Shown in pieces: positions 18,950 to 30,900 of a stretch of DNA of 64,000 bases. A program made the position numbers and the translations under genes. Every line of letters begins with the position of its first letter. The stretch's first letter is position 1. The notes beneath the pieces are model-generated. The model did not search any database, was not told the origin of the DNA, and saw only the letters and a list, made by a program, of their open reading frames with translations. Source of the DNA: a virus. Location: IMG/VR virus record IMGVR_UViG_3300031787_000093, positions 3,714-67,713 of that record; one strand, written 5' to 3'.

Positions 18950-21900
18950 TTACTCAAGTGGTACAAGGATTAACCCATCGCCAAGATCAATTGTAGAATT
19001 TTTTGGTTTGGCTTTCTGCTGTTGCTTTTTAATTGCCTCAGCAACAGGTGTCGACTTTTTCTCTTGGTCAAGTGGAACAATATCTAAGTCTGGTCCTAGC
19101 ATTATCGTAGAATCATCTTTTAAAGTTTCTACCTGTTGATTTTTAGCAGTTTGAATGGCTGTTTGAGGATCACCTTGGAACTGTAAAAATAATTTTATCG
19201 CACCCTTAGAATACTTCTTGAATCTCTGTGGGTCTTTAATCATTTCATAGTTTATGTTTAACAAAGGATTAGTTTGTTTTTCAGTTTGAACTAAATTATT
19301 GCCACCATGCTCTTGGTTTCCATAAACTTCTTTTTGGAATTGACCCATAGGAGACAAAGCTTCTCTGGCAATTAACTCTATATACTTTTCACGATCTTCG
19401 TTATACAGTTTTCTACGTTCAAAATCCATGAAAGTGTAGTTAGCGATATTAGTCATTGCATCTGCTACGTGGTATATGTCTTTGAGAATTTTACCTAACT
19501 GCTCATAACCCAGTAAAAGATTTGGATTTTTTAATCCTGCGATTGGCTTTTTCGTAGCTGGGTCATAGTTCATTTCAGAGTTAATTTCAATGTATTTTTT
19601 ATACTCTCCGGTATCAATTAAATACTCTTGAACTAACTGCCTTCGTAACATGGCGTTGTATCTAAGTAAATTGTTGTACTCTTCAGGTGCAAATTTATAC
19701 GCACCAAATGGAGTTTCTATATTTCTAGGAATAGCAGCAGGTAAAGCATCCCACGCATCTCCTTTTTTAACTGCCAAGTATACTAACGCTTCCCAATCTG
19801 GTATATTGTATCCGGCAACAATTCTACTTACCTGTAACACATCAAATGTGTTGTACATCCACTTGCCAAAATTACTACTTCCAACAGGGGTGATTGCTAC
19901 ATCTTTACCGAAGTTATCTACTTTTACAGGAAACTTATCCATTTCAATTTCTACAAATGGTAAGTCTACGTAATGTCCGGGAATAGACTTCCAAGGCCAA
20001 CGTTCAGCAAGTTTTGTACCCAACTTCATCCAAAACAATGTTGCTTGAGGATCTTCTACCTTAATACCAAACATTTTAATTGGAGGTGATTCTCTGAAAT
20101 CATAGTCTACTACATAATCTCTTCTCCATTTATCAATCCAAGATAAAGAGTTAGGTACTAAACCAGAAGCCATGGTTCCAACTATCTCAGCAAAGAATGT
20201 GGGTAATCTATTTTCATCTTCATCTGTAACTGCTTTCGCTACACTTAAAATACCACGAACAAACGTTTGGTCGATAATATATTTTCCTGCGGAATTCATA
20301 TTACCAAACAAGTTTAAACCAAACTCATCGGCTGCTTCTTCCAAAGCTCCACGGTTTACGAATTTGTTCTGTTTGTCTAAAGCTAACTTATTTTCTTTAA
20401 ATTGGAAGTACAAAGCTGCACCAAACAAACCAAGTGATTTATAAGATATAATTAAATCTTTTTCTTTATTCCACAAATTATTTGGTCTTTTTGATTTGTA
20501 TTCAGAATCAACCATGGACATAAATCTGTCTTTCAAAAGAGTAAGGTTAATTGAGTATGGCCTTTCTAAACTATATGAAAAAGATTGACTTTGTTTTTTA
20601 TCTTCTCCCTCATCATCAGGTGCCCCACTTACGCACCCTGCTTTAACTGCTTGTAAAGCTATAAACTGTATTCCTGTTCCAATCAAAGCTCGAGCTAAAA
20701 TACGATCTGCATCTCTTGCATCAGCTCTACGTTGATTAAATGAATCAGCTGCAGACAGTTCTCCCTTTGCAGCTCGCTGCGATCTACGCACTGCTCTTGC
20801 ACCGCCAATGATACCAATTTTAACTAATGCGTATTCAGGTATAAAGAATTCTAATAATTCAACTGCGTAATTACTAGGTATTCTACTAAACGGAATAATA
20901 CTTGTTCCAGCAATACGAGAAATTTTAGCCGGAATAGAAAAACCATCATCGGTCTCACGTGTGATATTTTGTACACGAGCAATTACATCACTAACAGCAT
21001 TATCATTGTTGTAAACATATCGCATAGCTTCTTCTTGAGCTGCGGAATTCTTATAATCAGAGTTTACAATGATGTATGCTTTTCTAATTGCTTCGTATTC
21101 TTTCTTTAATCTATTTCTCTCATCGCTAGATTTTGCTGCGTCAATAGCTTTTTTATATCTTTCATGCTCAGCTGTAAACTTAAACTGTTCTGAAACCGAA
21201 GAAAAATATGCAAAATCTCTAAACACTGCATCAGTTGCCCCCATTACACGGAATACAACGTCAGGTACAAACCCAAAGGTACCTTGCAACAAAGCAATAG
21301 CCTGCTGTTTAGAAGATATTTTACCTTCGTTTGTGATAGCAAAGCCATGTTTTTCTGCTAACTCTTCAGTAGTCATGTCAAGCATGCCAGCTTTGATACG
21401 GTACTGATCTATTTTCAAACCTACAAATTTCTGCAATGACTTGTAGAAATTAAAGCCTTGTACGTAAGCATCTGGAGTTTGATATGCTTGAGTAACAGTT
21501 CCATCTCTTAAGATTTTTGCTGCTTTCTTTAACCCCATTGGTATACCATATCGGTTACCTGCTCCAAAGTCTCTCCAGCCTGTTTTAGTATACTGACTAT
21601 CAGTGATGCCAAGTTTATTTGAAATCAAACTGATGCCACTTCTAACTGGGGATACAAACAAATCAGTTAAATACTTAGTGATGTTAGACAGAGCGTTTAC
21701 TGACATAGATCCCGGAGTCATCAAACCACCCTTGATGAAACTACGGTACATATCAGTCAAAGAGTTGTCTCCTTCATAAGGTGCTCTTGCATCAATGTAG
21801 CGTTTCTGAGCCCCTTGTAGTTGCTCGTACAAGTCTAAGTGGTATTGAAGATTAGTTTTAGATGGATCGATTTTAGATGTGCCATATGGATCTGTTTCCG

Positions 21901-24900
21901 CTAGGTTTCTACTTTCCTTGTACAAATCTTTTAATTTGTCTAACTCGTTTGCAAGATCACGAATTTTAGTTTTAGCTCCCTGTGGGATATTTAAACCTTG
22001 CTTTTCGTTTCTTCTAAACATTGCCTCAGCTCCACTTAAGTAAGTTTCTTTGCTCAACTGTTTAAATAACTGAAGCATTCTACCTATACCAGTACCAGCT
22101 TTTAATATCTTGCTGTATTGTTCGTGAATCATCTTAGGGTCACCTCCGTTTTGTTTAGCTGCAATCAAGTCCATGATTGCCTTAGCTAAGGGAACGTCTC
22201 CATTGTCAACGGTTGTGAACAACGCCTCAAGTATTGGAGGATAATCATTTGGATCAATATTATCAATTGCATCTAGCAATTCTTTTTTATCACGAACCAC
22301 ACGCATTGCCTCTGCCTCATTTTCCATAGCGTCAGCTTCTTCTTTGAATATGCCGCCTCTCTGCTGTTGCTTTTCAATGTTTGCTCTTTGCTTTAGAGAG
22401 AAGTAATCCTGTACATCCTGTGGTTCAAAGCCACTGCGAATCAAAGAAGTATATAACTCATCATCTGTGATTTCTTCAAACTGAGGATTTGCTTTGATGT
22501 CTTTGATAAAGTTTCCAATGTCTTCAATTACATTAGGAGTTTTCTTCATCTGAACCCCTTTCACTTGAGTCTCACCGAGCATAGAGTCATACAACTTACG
22601 CATAGGTTCGCTGACTTTCATCTCAATAGGAGTACCAATAATACCTCCGTAAACTTGCAAGAACCACTTTTTAAAATTAGCAAACAAGTTAGCCAATGAG
22701 GAAGTAGGTGCTTTACCATCTGCAAGATATTTTTCAAAATGTCTAGCAAAAGCTTCAGAAGTTGCTCTAGTCCACTTGTCGTGTCCGACTTCTTTTAAGA
22801 ATGCTTTCTTTTCAGTAGCAGTTAAACTATCTTCCCAAACGTGTGCCAATTCATGCATGGCAGTTGTAATGTTTGGATTTGTTAAGGCAAAGATGATAAA
22901 CTTACCTTGATCAGTTTTGACAGTTGCTCCATGTGCCCCATGCATATCCTGTTGGAACAAAGCCATTCCTCCTGCAACCGCTTCAAATGTTTCGTCAGTG
23001 AGTTCAAGTGTAAAGAATTCATTTCCGGGAACAAAACTTTCACCAGTTGTTTCAAGAGCAACATAATTTAAAAACTCCTCATCCACATCCAACCTTGTCA
23101 ATAGTTTTCCTGTGTTTACAACACTGTTACCTAATGTATCAACATAAGATGGATATTCTGTAGGATCTAATGTAAACTCAAACTCATCCGGTTTTGCCAC
23201 TTCATCAACTCTACCAAACGAAGTTAGATTTAATTTAGTCGTACCTGTAGTAAATCCATAGGCTTTTGCAAGTTTTTTTGCTTTGTTTGGTATGGTTTCA
23301 TTGTAAAGTTTGTTTAACCCACTTGTTTTATCACCTGTTTGATTTCCTGCCACAGCCGCTCCAATTGAAGCCCCATTACTAAAAACTATTTTCTTGACAC
23401 CATAGTCACTGGCTATTTTCAATGCGTGTTTTATTCCAATGCTTACAAACTGCTCAGTTTCAATTATAGGACTGGTCTTTTTAAAAGTGTTTTTTGCATC
23501 TTTTATTGCTTCTTGTTTTAAAAAATAATTATTAAATGATAGATTAAAATCGTTAGCCGTAGGATCTTGATCTTCTAATTGTTTTAACTTTTCTTTCAGT
23601 TCTTCTCGTGTAATGTTTTTGTTTTCTTTGGTTGACTGTACCTGAATAATTCTTTGCTCAAACTCACTTTCTACAGGATACTGCTTCTTAATTTCCGCTA
23701 ATGTTAATGTTCTAAAATTTTGAGCTTTATCTGACTGTATTTCTATGACGTGAAGCATTCTTTCACCATTTTCATTGACTACAATCTCTGTTCTCATGTG
23801 CATTGCAACTTCATTTGGAATTGCACTAAAGTGACTTTCATCAAAATAATTTTTAGCTAAATCATTTCTTTCCTTAACCAACTGTGTTATTTCATTTTGC
23901 AATTTGTCTAAGGTACCATAGTTACCTGCAAAATCTTTTTCTTTAGTCAGCTGTTCTAGCTTTTCTAAAATTTTCTCATCATAAGACTGTAATAGTCTAT
24001 TGCTAGAAAATGGAAATCCAAGTAAGTGTTCTTTATAAGATTGTCCTAAAGGCTGACCAATTGTACTTTTAAACTGTTCAAATCCTTCTACTCGTTCCTG
24101 CCGAATAATTTCATCACTTGCTTCAAAATGTAATTTTAAAAGTGTTTTGATTTCTTCTATATTTTCAGCTGTGATTTGTACACCTTGGTATTTTTTTAAT
24201 TTTTCAAATGTTTCTTTAAACTGAGGATATTTTTCTTTGCCGATATATGATTCATATAAATCTAAAGTTTCATCAGCTATTTGTGTTAAATCAACAAATC
24301 GACTAGTACCATCACTACGTTTAATTACAAAAGAAACCTTTTTTCCAGTAAATGTTGTATCTAGTTTTTTAGCAGTTGTTCTTACAAAATCCCCAATGCT
24401 ATCTGGTCTTTCTATAAAATTATCATTACCTAAGTAAACTACTTCATCCACTGTTCTGGATTGATTTAAACTATCCCTGTCATAAGAAAAAAGCTGTGGA
24501 ATATTTTCAGACCATGTTTTTAAATCTGAAGCAGGTACAGTTGTATCATACTGACTAATGAAATCATCAAAACCTAGCCAATTCAATTCAACTTCTTTTG
24601 CTCCATTTTTAATTAATAGAGACTTTAAACTTTCTACTGTAATTTTTCCTTTACTTTGTGCAAGTACTTTTGAAGTTGCGTAAGCTGCCCCAGAATAAAA
24701 AGACGTACTGAAACTGTCTTCAACTAATTCTTGAATTTTTAAAAACTCAGACAACTGCTGTTGTTCCTCAACAGTCAAAGGAGCAGTTGGCTCTATAAAA
24801 TTAGACGCAACAGATCCTGTGAATTTTTCTGGGTTTGCCTCATAGTCAGCGTAAATTTTATCAAATGTTTCTTGCTTTATCAAACCAGAATCAACAAGTT

Positions 24901-27900
24901 CTTTTTGTAGTTCTGATTTTGTAAAATCCGAAGGTGATTTATATGGATCATATATGCCCCCCATATAATTTTGTATACCCGGAAACATGTCATAAAAAGA
25001 TTCTCGTGCTTCTGCGTCAGTAATATTTTCAAGTTCTGTAACTTCAGTTTTTAAATTTGTTTTGAGTTTTCCAGCCTTAATAAATTTAGGTATCATTTCA
25101 CTTACCCCACTGTCTATAGCCACCGGATCATCAATCATTATACCTTGATCAACCTGCACAAAATCTAAAAACTCTTGTTCACTAGTAAAAACTTGTAATT
25201 CTGATCCATCATCCAAAGTAATTTTAGTATCCGAGTCAAGACTATAAAGAAACTGTATAGCCTCAGCAAATTTTGAACTAGTAAATTCAAATTCTAAATC
25301 ACTAATAAGTGAACTAGGAACTACTTCATTATCGTTTAAAGCCCTTTTGATCTCAGTAATGGACTCAGCTACAAACCTAAATGATTGCAACGCAGTTTCA
25401 AGTGATCGACTACCAATTCCACTTCCATACATTATTTCACTTTCAATAACACCAGCAACAACATCGACTGCGTGATTATCATCACTAAGGTCAAATTGCT
25501 TGAGTATGTCAGCGTAACTTTCAAATATTAACTTCTGTTGTTCTAAAACTAACTCGTAGTTTGTTTTAGCTGTTTCAAGTTGTTTTTGAATTGGCTTTGA
25601 TGCTTTGGCTTTAATGAATTTTAATTCAGTTACATCCGCTACAATTAACTCTTCGTTGTTTAAACCTGCAAGGCTTTTGGAAACAAGAAATGCGTTGTGT
25701 AAACTCTTTGACTTATTTGCATCTCCTTCACCATATGAATTCATATAGTTATTGTAGATACTTTCAAGAGTCTGAGAATCCGAAACGCTTAAATCATAAG
25801 TATTAGAAATCAATTCGACAATTTTCTTTACACCTTTTTCTGTGTTAGCTGAAAACAATACTCTAGATATATCAGTAAACACACTTTTGTAACTAGTAAA
25901 CTGAAATAAGTTTTTGTCAATGTAAAAATCAACAATATCATTTACTAATTTCTCGGTATTCTCATCAATGAGTTTTTTGCCACGGAGTTCTAACAATTTA
26001 GTTCTCACTGCTGTAGGAGTTGCAAAATCTATTGTAGATTCAGGCAACTCTCCTTCAATGTGTTGAACAGCTTGTCTTAAAGCCTGTTGTAATTGAGGTA
26101 AAATATTTTTAGTAAATAACTTATTATAATTTTGCAATAAATTACTCACTGCCTCCGCTTCATACTTCTGTAAATTTATTACAATTTCTCCCGGTTTTTG
26201 TCCTTTTTTAGCGTCACCTCCGCTATCATACATGTAATTTGGTCTAAAGGAAACTGCTGGGAGATTTGCATCAACAACTGTACGAATGCTTACTAGTCCT
26301 AAATCAGGATATAAATTATACAATTCTTTATTTCCAGCAAGAGTAAATAACTTTCTAATGTCAATTACAGAAGTTAATTCTGGAGTATCTGTTCTTTTGC
26401 CAAAAAATTTAAACGTAAATTTTGGCTGAGCTTTTATTTTCTTAAAAGAATTAAAAATACCCTTGTATACTTCATTAGTCGTTTGAACATCAGCTACAAA
26501 TTTTGGATCAAACGCTACAGGAACTCCGGCTTCATTAAGTACTACACCGGTCATGAGTGTAATCTTCTCAAGTGGATAGTTCTTTTCTTTTAACTCCTTT
26601 GCTTTATTGACGTTTGGATAAATCTCTTCTGGGTTTAAATTAGCTGCATTCTGAAACAACGGAACCAAGTTTGGTGACATCTTTAGCCAATCTTGGAATT
26701 GCTGTTCTGTTCTCTTCAGCATTTCAATACGAGTATCCATGAACTCCTGAAGAGTTATGCCCATACGAGTTGCCTTGTTTTCAAATATGCGAAGAGCCAT
26801 ATCAGCAGATCCTGTTCTTTGCTCACGCATTTTCTTCCATCGGAATCTAGTCTTGAATGAAGCTTTTAAGCCCCAGTCATCTTTAAATTTCTTGTTTAAT
26901 TGCTTTCTGTATTTTTCACGAGTAGCATCATTCTCTGCAACAAGTCGTTTGCCTTCAGTATACTTTGCGTAATCAATAAGTTTTTCAGCTTGCTTCTTAG
27001 CTTTATCCTGAACTTGATCTTGGGTTTCGTTTGCTTTGGTTTCTACTCCAATGTTCTGAAGAAAATCCTCAGCGTTCAAATCACCATCCAAAAACATTGC
27101 AGCATCAACTTGTTTGTCTTCTATAAATGCCCCTTGTTTTTGTGTATTAGATAAAACGTTTGCAGTCTTTCTCCGTTTCTCATTTAACTGAGCTACTTCA
27201 GCAGCTTGTTTCTTTAAATCAGCTGCACGATTCTTTGAAGTAGTATTACTCATAGGAGTATTACGTACAAAAGCATTAGTTGTGCTAAAGGTATTTGCCC
27301 CTGTATATTTTACTGCAACAAAATTGTTAAAGTCTTTTCTAAGTTTCTGAAAACTTTCTATTCCTGCTTTATCGTTTCCGAAAATCTCTTTTACTTTATT
27401 GGTACTGTTCTGCATCAAGTTGATTATGAAGTTGTCAATTGCATCTTCTTTAGTCATCTTGCCTTCAGCAACTAGTTTACCGAACACCTGTTCAAACAAA
27501 GTGTTTCTGGCAACCGCCTCTCTAACTTTATCTGTAGTATTATCTTGCTGACGTTGTCTTGTTGTTTGGCCTGTTTGCTCATCAGTCTGAGTATTAAAGA
27601 ATTGATTATCAAAATCTCTAAACAAAGGAGCCATGTAATCTGAAACGTGAGCAAACTTTTTACGAGCCACGTCTGTTATAACTGCAGCTCCATCTTTGAA
27701 GAAAGATACCAAGTTAATCTTCATCTTAACTCCGAAGCCTTTGCTCATTTCAGATACAGCTTCTTTTATTGCATCGTCTTCTGAACTTACTTCGCTAGCG
27801 ATACCAGTAAACAAACCAACTCTCTGCTGAGCACTCTCATTCCAACTAGGCTGGTAACGTGCTCTTGCACTAGCCTCAGCTTGACTCATGCGTTTTTCTT

Positions 27901-30900
27901 TACGCTTGCTAGTTTTATTTTTGCTTTGATATAAAACAGTATTGTCTTGATTCTCTTGACCGTTTTCTATTTTTTCTTGAGAGGCTCTACGAGAATCTAA
28001 GTTTTTAATGGCAATGTTTTCAACTTTTTCTTTTGAAACAATACCGTACTTCTTAGACTGATCTTCTACAAACTGACGAGATTTATCGTTAAGGGGAACA
28101 AATTCATCTGTGGTACTGGTAAGACCCTGTGCTTCTAACTGACCAGTCTCCATGTTGTAGCGATAAACAACCTTGTTGTCTACTACACCGTTTTCACTGC
28201 TAACATAGAATTCTTCTCCCATGTTTCCAGTTCTTCTTTCAACTTGCACTCCTTCGTTTCCGACACCTGAACTTGTAAAGGTGTTGGTGGATGTGTTTTG
28301 ATCTGATTCCACAGGTCCTGTGCTCATTACCATCTGATCCTCAACAGCTGATTTTGTTTCGTTGGTACCATTTTCAACTGCTGTCGCAGTTGCGGTAGCA
28401 AACTCAGGTTCATCAGGTGTATCTCCTTTCGCCCCTCTTGTATTTTTAATAGTGCTATCGAGAATGGTTAAGATTTCGCTGTCAAATTCACTTACATCGT
28501 TTCCATAAGTATTCTGTAAATAATCACTAAACGCTTGACGTGTTTTGAATAAAATACCTAAGTTAGAAAGATTTCCTGCTGAAAATACAATACAGGTAAA
28601 TGCTGTCATCCGTAAATTCAACAACCTTTCATCTTCAGTTTTGCCATATGCGTTTTCAACAGCTTCTCTAATATCAAAGCCATTACTTTTAAATTCAGCC
28701 CATACATTTGCAAAACTTTCCTCAGTAAATGAACCAGCTGCCCCTGATATCGTTCTACCAAAAACAGTCATCAATTTACCAATTAGATTGGCTGGAACAA
28801 ATCTTCCTAAGCCTAAAGTACCTGTAACTTTATCGTAAACTTGATTACCCAGCTCTTCAGCTGCACCCATTGATCCATCTTGACCTACGGCCTCAAATAA
28901 CAAAGCTTGCTTTCCGTAAGTAGTCGCAGCTTTTTCAATCAAGTTGAATGTTGCAATACCTGTTCTACCGTAACGGTTTGCCATATAAGCACGAGCAGTA
29001 AGAGCCGTTTGACTAGTAAACAGTTTAGTCATGCCACCGGTCATGGGTTTCTGCATCAAGCCCATTTGCAGCACAACTCCCATTGTATTTAAAATGCCCT
29101 CACCTAAAGCTTTATCCTCGTAAATTGTTTCAATTGAGTTAACTACTTCAGGATTGACATACTGCCCACTCTGTTGTAAGAAATCAGAAGCTGCTATAAC
29201 TTCTTCTGATGGTGTTAAATATGTGCCTCCAGTAAATGATTCTGTAACATCCTTGGTGAACTTATTTACAAAGTTTGAACCTACACCTTTGCCATCAACC
29301 TTAGTAAGGTCGGTGTTGGTATAAATAATTTGGTTAGCTGCTCTGATCTGTGCCTTTTTTTCTATGATTTTATCTTTTAAATTTCTTTCATAGATAAAGT
29401 TGGCTTTCATTTGATCAGTGAAAACTATATCACCGCCTCCTCCAAAAGATGTAATCATAGATCCAACTTTTGCTAAGTAAGGCATTTCTTTATCTCGAGC
29501 TGCATTGTATCGCTCATCTAATTCTTCTGGGTCATATCCTTCTGGTAAAACAACATTTTTATTGAAACGAGTTGATTTATATTCTTTAAGTTTCTTTTCT
29601 AGTCCATCTAACTGAACATATAAAACATTTCGCTTTTCTTTTAGTATCGCTCTGTCAGTTTTCTTTTCTGCATTTAACGTATTAGAATATACAACCTGAG
29701 CTTGATCTTTATCTTCTCCTTCTAATCGATTACCATCTGAATCGAAAAACTCTTGAGGTGATAAATTATTAAGGCCAAAAAATCCAGCCTGACCTTTTAA
29801 CTGTTCAATCTGAGCACGTAAATCAGTAACTTGTTTTGTCTGTTCAGCTGTTAGTTTGAATTTACCATAGTATTGTTTTTCGGTAGCAGTTTTAGGTTTT
29901 TCAGCTATCGCATAAATCGCATCAATCTGATCATAAAGCTTAGCAATTTTTTGTTCTTCAGCTGATAGTTCTCCTTTTGCTCTTGCTTCAAAATTCAAAT
30001 CAAAACGAGATAACTTGTTACCAAACGCATCAGTCGTATAACCTAAAGATTTGCGTCGAGATTCATATTCTTTTTCACCAAGTGATCTCTCATACGCCAT
30101 CTTATACTTAACAAATACTTCATCAATTTCATCCTCAGATAAACCAGCTTTAGTCAACATGTCCACTAAGCCATCACGGTTTAAATCATTGAACGTTCTA
30201 TCCTTGGCATTAGGAATATCTATGCCAATGTTATTTCCTAAATCGTACTCATACAAAACTCTACCTAAATCTAATTCAGATATATTTGATAAAGCTGTTG
30301 AGTTTTCGTTTTCATCGTATACTGTTCCGCTTTTGCCAATAATTCCGTTCTCAACAAGTGATTCACCTTTAGCTACACGCATTGTACGATACTCTTTCTG
30401 CCTAGCAAGTTCTGCTCCAAAAGTAGTTTCGTTAAGAACAACTGAGTTTAAGATATCGTTTACACTTGTTATACCGATTTCTTTTAATGCTTTGCTGTAT
30501 TTTCGTGAGTATGCGTCTCTGTTAACTGGGTCAATTAAATAATCATAAAAATCTTCTTGAGTTTTAAAAGGCTGACCATATGCATCAACGTTTAATTTAT
30601 TGTTCTGAAGTTTAGTGTAGTTTTGATTTGCCTCGTAACGCTTTTGAGGAATGGCGTATGCTTCAGCAACTGGGTCGGGAGCAAACTGATCAAACTGAGG
30701 TTTGTAACCGGGCTGGTTTGCAGCGACCGTTTGTCTATTAAATACAGGAGAAAAGATTGTAGGCTTTCCGTTTTTAGTGTATTGGTATTTTTCATATTCT
30801 GATAACCCCCCTGATAAAACGTTATCAAAATCTTTGGCATCTCTAATGTAAAAATATTGAGCAAGCTTTCCTCGCTGTTCATTATAAAATACCGATCTCT